From Nitrospirota bacterium (GTDB lineage Bacteria > JACPQY01), in contig JACPAV010000020.1 in NCBI GenBank assembly GCA_016180645.1, positions 62,001-118,817 of the forward strand: DNA of 56,817 bases, written 5' to 3'. The translations under genes were made by a program, and so were the position numbers. The notes below the pieces were generated by a model. That model searched no databases, had not been told where the DNA came from, and saw only the letters and a list, made by a program, of their open reading frames with translations. Every line of letters starts with the position of its first letter. Positions within the stretch are counted from its first letter, which is position 1. Shown here in pieces: positions 47,544-56,740 of the stretch.

Positions 47544-48692
47544 ATGCAGTTCGAAATCACACCCACAAGCTTCCTTACGGCCTCGGCGTTTGTCGCGGGG
47601 CTGTGCAAAGGCAGAACGTCCAGCATGCCCGTCCTGAAGAACATGCTCATTCAATCAGCGGGGCCCGACCGGCTCGAAATAGCGGCCACGAACATCGAAA
47701 CATTCGCCAAGGTGAGCGCCCCGGCCACCGTGGGCGCCGAGGGCAGCCTATGCGTCCCCGGAGACCTCATCATCGACATGATGCGGGAAGGAAAGCAGCT
47801 CAAAAGCCTCACGATGAAGGCACTCGAGAAGGGCCATGCCCGCGTGCATCTGGGCGACGCGGAGTATCAGATCGTGGGAATCGACCCGAACGACTACCCC
47901 AAGATGGAGGCGGCCCTCGGGGATACTCCCACGGCAAAGGCCGCGCTCCAGGGAGAAGCCCTCACCACACTCCTCAAGCGGATCTTACATTCAGCGCCAC
48001 AAGACGCGTGCAACTCAGGGAGAGGCATCCTCCTCGAGTTCGAGAAAGGGCACATACGCGCCACGACAACCGACGGGCACAGACTTGCATCCGCGACGGC
48101 TGAAGCCGTGGTGGAGATCCAGCCCGGACCGGAGGGAGCACAGAACATCATCCTTTCGACGGAGTCGGCGCGCAAACTTGCCGAACTGGGGGGAGCGACA
48201 ATCGGCTGGGTGGAGATCGTGGTCGGGAAAACAGCTCTCAAGGCCACCGCGGAGGGAAAAGACGGACTCAAGGTTACCGTTGGGACGAGGCTCATCGAGG
48301 GAACCTTTCCAAAATGGAGAGACGTCGTGCGCAAGACACATACGACGACGGTAACCGTCGAAAGGAACCATCTCAAATCGGGCCTTGAGCGGGCCTCGAT
48401 TCTGGCCGGGCCCCTCACCCAGGGGGCGCGGATGGAGTTCACTGAGAAGGGGTTGGAAGTCACGCTCAAGAACCCCGACGCCGGCGAGATGAGGGAATCC
48501 CTGGCCGCCTGGCAGACGGGGCCGGACACCGCGATTACGGCAAACGTGGCCTATTTGCTCGACGCACTCGGCGGAGTGACGAATGATCAGGTGCAAATCG
48601 CGCTCGCCGGACCGGAGGGCGCTGTGGACATCCGGAATGCCGGCGACACGCAAGTCGGTTACGTCGCGCTCGTGATGCCGATGAGACAGTAG
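47544..48692 (+). CDS. dnaN: DNA polymerase III beta sliding clamp
   Basis: MPVLKNMLI, ATNIE, TTDGHRLA, RLIEGTFP, N..YLLDAL and LVMPMR motifs; AAGGAG RBS. Confidence 0.93.
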   Translation: MQFEITPTSFLTASAFVAGLCKGRTSSMPVLKNMLIQSAGPDRLEIAATNIETFAKVSAPATVGAEGSLCVPGDLIIDMMREGKQLKSLTMKALEKGHARVHLGDAEYQIVGIDPNDYPKMEAALGDTPTAKAALQGEALTTLLKRILHSAPQDACNSGRGILLEFEKGHIRATTTDGHRLASATAEAVVEIQPGPEGAQNIILSTESARKLAELGGATIGWVEIVVGKTALKATAEGKDGLKVTVGTRLIEGTFPKWRDVVRKTHTTTVTVERNHLKSGLERASILAGPLTQGARMEFTEKGLEVTLKNPDAGEMRESLAAWQTGPDTAITANVAYLLDALGGVTNDQVQIALAGPEGAVDIRNAGDTQVGYVALVMPMRQ

Positions 48693-48707
48693 GGAGGATA
48701 CAAAGGA

Positions 48708-49514
48708 ATGGAGCAAGCAGCCAAGAACGAGGCAGCGAACAAACCGGCCACCCTTTCCCTTTGGGGCAGCGGGGACCCGGCAGCCGGGGCCGGCGCCGAC
48801 CCGACAGTAGGCCCCCGTGCGGAAGGGGAGCGTGGGAAACCCCCGCTCGCTCTCAAACGCGGCGACATTTGGCCCGTGTTCACCGACCCTCAGCCCTGTT
48901 GCATCTGCAGCACGGGCGTAACACTCGAAGTCGAGAGGGCCTACGCATTGATCGACGGCAAGCCGGGATGGAAATACACCGCCAAAGGATGCTGCGGAAA
49001 CTGCGGCGACAGCATTCGAAGAGATCTCCCCGAGATGACGGACGCGGCATTCGAGCCCCCCTACTGGGCAGGGGTCTTTCACGCGTACATCCTGGAGGAG
49101 ATCTGGACTCCGGGTACACCCACAGTTCGGCAAGACTGCATTCGTCGGTACCTCCGCCACGAGCTTGGGGCAGGCGGTGAGGAAGCGGCTTTCCAAGCGG
49201 ACCTCAAACACCTCGTGCCGCGCGATATATGGCCCAAGGTGAGCGACTTCTTCAGGCGGGTCGACCGGCGATGGGTCGTCCAAGACCCGGTCGGCGCGGC
49301 CGAGGTCATGACGCGCGAAGGCCGGTGGTGTTTCCAGGTCGAAAACGGTACGCCGCAGGAGGAACTGGCCGCTATTCTTGCCGCGCGGAGGAACGCGACG
49401 CACAGGCCGCCCCCTCCGCTTCACTCCGGCGGCGACGAGTTGAATCGCCATACGGTCCTTGCGTCGACCGTAGAAACGGCAACTTCGGAGGAGAAGAAAG
49501 ACGAAGCCGCCTAA
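48708..49514 (+). CDS. Cys-rich hypothetical protein
   Basis: CCIC...CCGNC; repeat B near the C-terminus. Confidence 0.65.
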   Translation: MEQAAKNEAANKPATLSLWGSGDPAAGAGADPTVGPRAEGERGKPPLALKRGDIWPVFTDPQPCCICSTGVTLEVERAYALIDGKPGWKYTAKGCCGNCGDSIRRDLPEMTDAAFEPPYWAGVFHAYILEEIWTPGTPTVRQDCIRRYLRHELGAGGEEAAFQADLKHLVPRDIWPKVSDFFRRVDRRWVVQDPVGAAEVMTREGRWCFQVENGTPQEELAAILAARRNATHRPPPPLHSGGDELNRHTVLASTVETATSEEKKDEAA

Positions 49515-50580
49515 GAGCGACCTCGAGACCCTCAAGGCCGTCCCGATCCGGGACGTAGCGGCGCGGCTCGGCCTCCTGACGGCCAATGGCCGGCAGGCCC
49601 GGTGCTTTCGCGCGGAGAATCACAGCCACGGCGACCGGAGGCCGAGCCTGCACCTCCACGTCGGCAAGAACCGGTTCAAGTGTTTCGTCTGCCCGGAAAC
49701 CTACGGAGACGTCATCGACCTCGTCCGCCTGACAAGGGGTATCGATTTCGGGGAGGCCTGCGATTGGCTGAGGGGAGGCGGGTTTGCCGCCACGGCGATC
49801 AGACCCACACCCGAGATCACTTCACACCCCGTGGATACAAAGGTCTACGAGGCGTTCTACAGCCTTCTCGACACAGGTCACGTCCTCCTCGACCGGTTCT
49901 GCGACGAACGGGGAATTTCCATTCAGGTGTGCAAAAAGGCCGGAACACGGGTCCTCGGGCAGTACGACTCCGTCCAAAACGCGCTTTTTCGGTGGTTCGG
50001 AGCCGAGCGGGTGAAGCGCGCGGGGCTTGCCAATCAGGCCGGCCACCTCATTTTCTACGCGCACCGGATCATCTTTCCCTGGAAAAACGAAAGCGGAACA
50101 CCGACTTACTTCACCGCGCGCGCGGTCAAGGGGGTGAACGACGGCCCCAAAGAGCTTTGCCTCATTGGGACCACGCCGGTGCTTCCGTACAACGCGCCCA
50201 CGGTAACGACGGGCCAGGACATCCACATTTGCGAAGGGAACATCGACGCGCTGACGCTTGAAGACATGGCGCTTCGAGCCGTGGCCACCGGCGGAACGGA
50301 AGGTCTCAGACGCTCATGGATCGGCTGGCTCAAAAGCAAGCGAGTCAGCTCAGTGATTCCGGCCTACGACGCCGACAGCACGGGCCAGGCAAAGTCAAGG
50401 GAGGTCGAAGAACTTGCCAGGAAGGTCGGCCTCAAAGTGGGAAGACTCTTCCTGCCTACGGGCCACGACGTCAACAGCTACTTCGGAAAAGGCCCGACCA
50501 AAAAGGCCATGTTCCATGTGGCCCGTCCTGGGCCACAACATATCATGGCCCCATACCCTCCGTGGCATGGGGCCGCCTGA
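49501..50580 (+). CDS. DnaG-like primase (CHC2 Zn finger and Toprim); probable ACG start
   Basis: CF...H..GDRRPS...FKCFVC...GDVIDLV in frame upstream of the track's start; ICEGNIDAL, YDADSTG and DVN motifs. Confidence 0.88.
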   Translation, partial: TKPPKSDLETLKAVPIRDVAARLGLLTANGRQARCFRAENHSHGDRRPSLHLHVGKNRFKCFVCPETYGDVIDLVRLTRGIDFGEACDWLRGGGFAATAIRPTPEITSHPVDTKVYEAFYSLLDTGHVLLDRFCDERGISIQVCKKAGTRVLGQYDSVQNALFRWFGAERVKRAGLANQAGHLIFYAHRIIFPWKNESGTPTYFTARAVKGVNDGPKELCLIGTTPVLPYNAPTVTTGQDIHICEGNIDALTLEDMALRAVATGGTEGLRRSWIGWLKSKRVSSVIPAYDADSTGQAKSREVEELARKVGLKVGRLFLPTGHDVNSYFGKGPTKKAMFHVARPGPQHIMAPYPPWHGAA

Positions 50581-50599
50581 CCCGGGAAGGAGAAACGCG

Positions 50600-51052
50600 A
50601 TGAGCGCATACATTGTCAGCCCGCATGAAATCAACTACCTCGTACAATCTGCTGGGTTGCTGGCAACCCAGCAACCGCCCCTGACGTGGGTCTGGGATGT
50701 CAACCGGTCCAACGGCTGCGTGAAATCCGGAACGCTTCATCCTGGGGACCGGGCTGCGCAGGAGCGAATCGGGCAACTCCTCCAGGTGGAGAACTTGAGA
50801 TCCGTCGAGTACCGGTACTCCCAGATCGAACCCCACAAGCCGGAAGAGTACACTCCCACACCCATCACTCTCAAGGAAAACCCCGTTCAGGTCATTAAGT
50901 CCTGCCACTACTACGAGTACCAGTCCTGTGAACACCCCGGGTGGGAGACCAGCGAGGCTTGTGCCTTCATTCAAGCTCTTGAAAAAGCCGCCATGCGGGC
51001 ACTGCCTGGGTACAAATCCGCCATCTGGGGTGCGCCGACTGCCAGTCAGTAG
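50600..51052 (+). CDS. Hypothetical protein (EN..SV.YRY...YEYQSCEH)
   Basis: AAGGAG RBS; recognisable mobile-element hypothetical motif. Confidence 0.75.
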   Translation: MSAYIVSPHEINYLVQSAGLLATQQPPLTWVWDVNRSNGCVKSGTLHPGDRAAQERIGQLLQVENLRSVEYRYSQIEPHKPEEYTPTPITLKENPVQVIKSCHYYEYQSCEHPGWETSEACAFIQALEKAAMRALPGYKSAIWGAPTASQ

Positions 51053-51320
51053 CGAAAAGAAGGTCTCCCGAACCTTGCACGCTCCCCGCCCAGAACATTC
51101 TCAGCAGTTGGATTCGGCTTGTGTAGACGTACGCCCAACCGCCGGCATATGGGGTGAAGTATCGCTTTTCTCAATTCGGACGTGATTCTCTCCTGGCGAC
51201 GAGCGCATCACGCATAGTGTGCCAATGTCGTTTACGTTGACGTTCTTCGGAATGGCCTCAGCCCGAAGGGGCGGCTGTGGAGTCTCGCGGTCCGGGGAAT
51301 TTATGGGAGATTTTGGACTT

Positions 51321-51390
51321 GGGACGGGTGTGAGGCGGTTGACCGTGGTACCGCCTGGCCGCCTGCCGGCGGATCGCCGAGCTGGCCGTC
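51321..51390 (-). pseudogene. Second orphan RCC1 fragment
   Basis: DGQLGD-[20-bp palindromic insert]-GTTVNRLTPVP. Confidence 0.55.
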
Positions 51391-51479
51391 AGGCGTTTAC
51401 TTCGCGTAGCGAAGAACTACGAATCCGAGCAGCAGGGTGCTCAACCATGCCCCCGCCATCGCAATCGAGAAACCGTTGA

Positions 51480-51692
51480 TCAATCCTTCCATCTTTTACT
51501 CAGGGTAACAGCGATTACGCCGGCCGTCAACATCACCGCCAGACCGATGAGCATGGCCACAGCATACTGAGCTATGGAAACTTCCTTCCCGAGTACATAG
51601 GCCGCCGTTGGCGCGATCACCATTCCTGCGAACGTGATCTCGATGATCCGAATGAACAGCTTGATGAATTCGATCCGGGCGTCCCGATTCAC
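51480..51692 (-). CDS. Small two-TM membrane protein
   Basis: GTG start just after the RCC1 gene; two hydrophobic helices. Confidence 0.55.
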   Translation of the reverse strand: MNRDARIEFIKLFIRIIEITFAGMVIAPTAAYVLGKEVSIAQYAVAMLIGLAVMLTAGVIAVTLSKRWKD

Positions 51693-51702
51693 AAGGCGCC
51701 AC

Positions 51703-54700
51703 CTATGGAAGGTTGGTGACCGGGACGGGGGCGGATTTGTTGGCGGTCGTCCCGTCGCCGAGTTGGCCGGAGGTATTCTGGCCCCAGCATTTGGCCGTTC
51801 CATCGGAGGCCAGCGCACAGGTGTGATAGCCACCTCCCGTGACGGCGATGGCGCCCGTGAGCGTGGAGACGGCAACGGGAGTGGTCTTATTCGTGGTCGT
51901 CCCGTCGCCCAGTTGGCCGGACGGGTTGTTTCCCCAGCATTTGACCGTTCCATCGGCGGTCAGCGCACAGGTGTAATAGAAGCCTCCCGTGACGGTGATG
52001 GCGCCGGTGAGCGTGGAGACGGCGACGGGGGTGGTCTTCTGCGTGACCGTCCCGTCGCCCAGTTGACCGAGATCGTTGCGTCCCCAGCATTTGACGGTTC
52101 CATCGGATGCCAGCGCGCAAGTGTGAGAGTCACCTCCGGTGACGGCGACGGCGCCCGTGAGTGTGGAGACGGCGACGGGGGTGGTCTTATCCGTGGTCGT
52201 CCCGTCGCCCAGTTGGCCGGACGGGTTGTTTCCCCAGCATTTGACCGTTCCATCGGCGGCCAGCGCGCAGGTGTGATAGAAGCCTCCCGTGACGGCGATG
52301 GCGCCGGTGAGTGTGGAGACGGCGACGGGAGTGGTCTTATTCGTGGTCGTCCCGTCGCCCAGTCCGCCGTTACCGTTCAATCCCCAGCATTTGACCGTTC
52401 CATCGGCGGCCAGCGCGCAGGTGTGATAGCCACCTCCCGTGACGGCGATGGCGCCCGTGAGCGTGGAGACGGCGACGGGGGTGGTCTTCTGCGTGGTCGT
52501 CCCGTCGCCCAGAAAGCCGTAAAAGTTGTATCCCCAGCATTTGACCGTTCCATCGGCGGCCAGCGCGCAGGTGTGATTGTAGCCTCCCGTGATGCCTTCG
52601 CGGAAGGGGCGGGCGGGGGCGCCGGAGGCGGTGCCTTCGTGGAGGCGGGGGAGTTTCACGCCCATCGGGCCGGCGGGCATCAAGACGGCCACGGGCGTCC
52701 ATTTTTCCACTCCCGTCCCATCCCCAAGCTGACCAGCATTGTTGTACCCCCAGCATTTGACCGTCCCGTCCGAAAGAAGCGCGCAGGTGTGCCAGCGGGC
52801 CCCCGCGATTGCCACGGCACCTGAGAGCGTGGAAACGGTAACGGGGGTGGTCTTGGCGGCGGTCGTCCCGTCGCCCAGTTGGCCGTAACCGTTCCACCCC
52901 CAGCACTTCACCGACCCATCGGAGATGAGCGCGCAGGTGTGGCGGTCGCTCCCCGCCGTGATCGCCACGGCACCTGAGAGCGTGGAGACGGTGACGGGGG
53001 TGGTCTTATTCGTGCCCGTCCCGTCACCCAGTTGGTAGCCATTGTTAAGGCCCCAGCATTTCACCGTCCCGTCGGAGGCGAGGGCGCAGGTGTGGTACTC
53101 GCCGGCCGCGATCGCCACGGCGCCTGAGAGCGTGGAGACGGCGACGGGGGTCGATTTATTCACCGTCGTCCCGTCCCCAAGCTGGCCAAAATTGGTGGTA
53201 CTTCCGCCCCCCCAGCATTTGACCGTTCCATCGGAGACCAGTGCGCAGGTGTGCCCGCTACCTACCGCCGCGGCGATGGCACCCGACAGGCTCGAAACGA
53301 CCACGGGGGTCGATTTATTCACGGTCGTCCCGTCCCCAAGCCCGCCATAAGCGTTGGCCCCCCAGCACTTCATCGTCCCGTCCGAAAGAAGCGCGCAGGT
53401 GCGACTGTCCCCCGCCGCCGCAGCGATGGCGCCCGAAAGGGTGGAGACGGCGACAGGAGTGAATTTATCCACCGTCGTCCCATCCCCAAGCTGACCGGAG
53501 CCATTGCTCCCCCAGCACCTCACGGTCCCGTCCGAAAGAAGCGCGCAGGTGTCAGCGTTGTCCACCGCGATCGCCACGGCACCTGAGAGCGTGGAGACGG
53601 TGACGGGGATGGAGTTGTTGGCCGTCGTCCCGTTCCCAAGCTGGCCGCTATTATTGTACCCCCAGCACTTGACCGTTCCATCGGAGGCGAGGGCACAGGT
53701 GTGATAGCCGAGGTGGGTGCCGATGGCCTGGACGATGCCGATGGTGGACCACGTGCGGGCCGAGCGTTCCATGTTGTTCGTATCTGAATTCCCTGCTTCA
53801 TCCCTTGAGCGAACAACATAGAAGTACCTGGTTCCTGGTGAGAGAGTTCCTGGTGAATAGGAGGTGGCGCCGGCGGTGGTGGTGTAGGTGGCGGTGAAGG
53901 TGGAGCAGTTGCCGGGGGTCGTTGTTTGGCAGATGTCGTAGACGAGGGAGGACGCAGGACTCACGGCGTCGGACGCGGGCGACCAAGAGAGATTGATCTG
54001 GGAGGCGGAGACGGCGGTGGCGGAGGCGAGGCCGGAGAACGTCGGGGCGCTCAGATCAATCGTCCACGTGACGGCGGCCCCACCCGCATTCCCCGCCGCA
54101 TCGGTGGCGCTTACTTGGAACGCGTGGGAACCCGCGCTGAGACCGGAGTACACTTTCGGGGACGTACAGGCCTCGGTTGCCGCCGCATCCAATTTGCAGG
54201 TGAACGTCGCCCCCGCATCGGTCGAACTGAACGTGAACGACGCCGACGTCGAGCCGCTGATGGCCGACGGCTGAGAGCTGATGGCTACCGCAGGCGCGGT
54301 CAGATCGACGGTCCATGTGTAAGCGGCGGGCGAGGCATCGGCGTTACCGGCGGCGTCTTTCGCGCGCACCTTGAAGGTATGCGAGCCGGCGACCAAACCC
54401 GTATACGCTTTCGGGGTTGTACAGGCGGCGAAACCGGCTGCATCCAGTTCGCATTCGAACACTGCGCTGGTATCGGGAGAGGTAAACGAGAAGCCGGCCA
54501 CAGTCTGATTGCTGACCGCTGACGGCTGATTGCTGATAGCTGTTTCCGGCGGTGTCGTATCGATGGCCCACGTGTAGGTGGCCGGGGTCGCATCCTTGTT
54601 CCCGGCTTTGTCGAGGGCGTACACGGAGAAAGTGTGCGGCCCTTCGACGGCGCTCAGTGCGAACGGACTCGTACACACAGCAGGAGTACCCACATCCAAC

Positions 54701-56169
54701 TGGCAGAAGAAGGTGCAAGCGGTCTGGGCGGGCAAGCCCGCCCCTACGGAATCGGAGCAGGTGAACTCGAATGTGGCAGAGGTCTTGTTGCTGAGATCTG
54801 ACGGCTGAACGCTGATCGCTGTATTCGGCGGCGTCTTGTCGCAGTCGATCGCACACGAAGCTTCGGACTCGTTTGCTGAACAGATCTTGTCCCCGCATTT
54901 CGCGCAGTCGGCGGGACACGACTCGACGGTTTCTCCTCCGCCATCGGCGGACTCGCAAATCTTGTTGCCGCATTCGGCCTTGGGCAGGATCGTGAACGAG
55001 AGGATCACCGGAGTGATGTCCGTGTTGCCGAGCGGGTCGGCGGCGCGGACGGCGAGCGTATGCGGCCCCTCCGGCAAGGGGAGAGAGGCCGTGTTCAGAG
55101 CGAACGGGCTGGGACAGGCGGTAAGCGGCTGGGCGTCGAGTTGACACCGGTAGTTGCACGCCGACTTGGTGCACGCGGCCGTGACCTTGATCTCCTCGCC
55201 GACCTTCGCCCGTGCCTTGTCCAACGTGGCTGTCGTGTCGGGTGGGGTCACGTCAATATTCTGGAGGTCGACTTTTACCGTGACGCCGGCGTCTTTCAGG
55301 TTCTTTTCGAGAGTCTTCCCGAGTTGTGTGAACGCGGCGACCACCTGTTCCTGCGTGGGGGCGCTGCTCGCATCGGCGGCAGCGGCCAGGGCCTGCTCGA
55401 TGCTCCCCGTCGTCGCCTTCGCCGTGGCGACTTCGACAAGGCTGGAGATGCCGTCACCGTCGATGTCCGGCAGGATCACCTGGTTGAGCGGGATGGGTGT
55501 CTCTTCAATCTCGAAAGTGATGGCCGGGGCCGCGTCACCCGGCGCGCTCGGGTCAGGCGCGGCCTGAGGCTTGATCCTAACGGAAGCGGTGACTTCCACG
55601 AAGGGAACCTCCCGGTTCGTCCGCGATCGGACCCGGCTCCGCACGTCGTTCGCCCCGTCTCTGGCGGACGCCCGGGGCAGCCTGAACGTGAACTGGTAGA
55701 CGAGCGTGTTTTCGTCGTCAGCGGACTGCCTCCGTGCTTCGACAGGCTCAGCACGAACGGGATCTCGCTCGCCCTGAGCTTGTCGAAGGGCCGCAGCCCG
55801 CACGCCTCCTTGCTCTCCCGCCCGGACCCCACCGCGGACGCCTCCTCGGACGCCGCCTTGCTCGGAGGCGCGAATGCCGCCTCGCACGCCGGCGCGAATT
55901 CCACCCCGCACGCCTTCGGCCACGATCTCATCGCCGAGATACACATCGACTTCGGCATCCTCTTCCACGCCCGTCAAGGCGGAGGCGACTTCCGGTGAAA
56001 GCGGGATGCCCACATCCAAAGGGATGCTCTCTGAGTCGTCGGCGGTTTGCTGGGCGGTCGTCTTGGTTTTCCGTACGCAAGAAAAGAGGATTGCTGACAC
56101 AACAAGGAAACAAATCCCCCGCGCGAACAGGCGGTCCGTCCGTGCTGGTCTTCCCGCCCTCCCGTGCAT
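51703..56169 (-). CDS. Giant surface lipoprotein with GVRGG repeats, Cys-rich repeats, Ig-like/FN3 domains and 13 RCC1 repeats
   Basis: Lipobox-like ILFSC; HTCAL..DGTVKCWG.N..GQLGDGTT repeats in blocks of 7 and 6. Confidence 0.88.
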   Translation of the reverse strand: MHGRAGRPARTDRLFARGICFLVVSAILFSCVRKTKTTAQQTADDSESIPLDVGIPLSPEVASALTGVEEDAEVDVYLGDEIVAEGVRGGIRAGVRGGIRASEQGGVRGGVRGGVRAGEQGGVRAAALRQAQGERDPVRAEPVEARRQSADDENTLVYQFTFRLPRASARDGANDVRSRVRSRTNREVPFVEVTASVRIKPQAAPDPSAPGDAAPAITFEIEETPIPLNQVILPDIDGDGISSLVEVATAKATTGSIEQALAAAADASSAPTQEQVVAAFTQLGKTLEKNLKDAGVTVKVDLQNIDVTPPDTTATLDKARAKVGEEIKVTAACTKSACNYRCQLDAQPLTACPSPFALNTASLPLPEGPHTLAVRAADPLGNTDITPVILSFTILPKAECGNKICESADGGGETVESCPADCAKCGDKICSANESEASCAIDCDKTPPNTAISVQPSDLSNKTSATFEFTCSDSVGAGLPAQTACTFFCQLDVGTPAVCTSPFALSAVEGPHTFSVYALDKAGNKDATPATYTWAIDTTPPETAISNQPSAVSNQTVAGFSFTSPDTSAVFECELDAAGFAACTTPKAYTGLVAGSHTFKVRAKDAAGNADASPAAYTWTVDLTAPAVAISSQPSAISGSTSASFTFSSTDAGATFTCKLDAAATEACTSPKVYSGLSAGSHAFQVSATDAAGNAGGAAVTWTIDLSAPTFSGLASATAVSASQINLSWSPASDAVSPASSLVYDICQTTTPGNCSTFTATYTTTAGATSYSPGTLSPGTRYFYVVRSRDEAGNSDTNNMERSARTWSTIGIVQAIGTHLGYHTCALASDGTVKCWGYNNSGQLGNGTTANNSIPVTVSTLSGAVAIAVDNADTCALLSDGTVRCWGSNGSGQLGDGTTVDKFTPVAVSTLSGAIAAAAGDSRTCALLSDGTMKCWGANAYGGLGDGTTVNKSTPVVVSSLSGAIAAAVGSGHTCALVSDGTVKCWGGGSTTNFGQLGDGTTVNKSTPVAVSTLSGAVAIAAGEYHTCALASDGTVKCWGLNNGYQLGDGTGTNKTTPVTVSTLSGAVAITAGSDRHTCALISDGSVKCWGWNGYGQLGDGTTAAKTTPVTVSTLSGAVAIAGARWHTCALLSDGTVKCWGYNNAGQLGDGTGVEKWTPVAVLMPAGPMGVKLPRLHEGTASGAPARPFREGITGGYNHTCALAADGTVKCWGYNFYGFLGDGTTTQKTTPVAVSTLTGAIAVTGGGYHTCALAADGTVKCWGLNGNGGLGDGTTTNKTTPVAVSTLTGAIAVTGGFYHTCALAADGTVKCWGNNPSGQLGDGTTTDKTTPVAVSTLTGAVAVTGGDSHTCALASDGTVKCWGRNDLGQLGDGTVTQKTTPVAVSTLTGAITVTGGFYYTCALTADGTVKCWGNNPSGQLGDGTTTNKTTPVAVSTLTGAIAVTGGGYHTCALASDGTAKCWGQNTSGQLGDGTTANKSAPVPVTNLP

Positions 56170-56515
56170 TCCGTCTACTCTACGCCTGCCGGCCCATAGG
56201 TCAAGCATGCCAGCCAGGACGGTGCGGTACTCGGCCTCCAGAGCCGAGCCACGAAGGTGAGGCATACTTGGCCGAGTGCCCCGGGGGCCGATTCCATGTG
56301 GGTTGGGGCCGAATAAACCGGTCATGCAGAATGGGGGCGAAATCAGATGGAAATGTCGAGTTCGGCCACTGGAGGGCCAGCGGAGGCCACCGGCAGGGGT
56401 TTCGGGGCGTGCGCCAGGAGACATACTTACTGGGAGTGGGTCAAGACACTCCCGATTGACCAGATTCGTAAACCGGCCAACCCGGGCAGGAAGGGGGGAA
56501 GGTTCGGGGTGAAGT

Positions 56516-56740
56516 CTACGCCGCAAGGCGTGACTTCTGGCCCGCGAGGGGATCGGAATACCGGAGTGCTTCTCGCGCGCTCATAACCTTGGTGGCGTCG
56601 AGGATCTCGATCTCGACCGGTACCCCTCTCTTGTCCAAGTGGACGATCACCCCCTCAGCGATGTCCCTGGAGTCCACCGGCCGACCCTTGCCGAGCCGAA
56701 TTGTCAATACATCAGCGGTCCTTGAATATGCGATCTTCAT
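56516..56740 (-). CDS. DUF2283 domain protein
   Basis: MKIAY...ADVL.I.L...GVIVHLD..G.PV.IEILDA. Confidence 0.85.
   Translation of the reverse strand: MKIAYSRTADVLTIRLGKGRPVDSRDIAEGVIVHLDKRGVPVEIEILDATKVMSAREALRYSDPLAGQKSRLAA

Noticed and set aside
6582-49466. Repeat B or E as integron attC sites
   Set aside because: No RYYYAAC/GTTRRRY boxes, many copies are intragenic, and there is no integrase
51634-52824. 396-aa repetitive + strand ORF
   Set aside because: Antisense shadow of the RCC1 repeats
56170-56526. N-terminal 119 aa of the 1607-aa ORF
   Set aside because: Precedes the signal peptide and lipobox and overlaps DUF2283; likely untranslated
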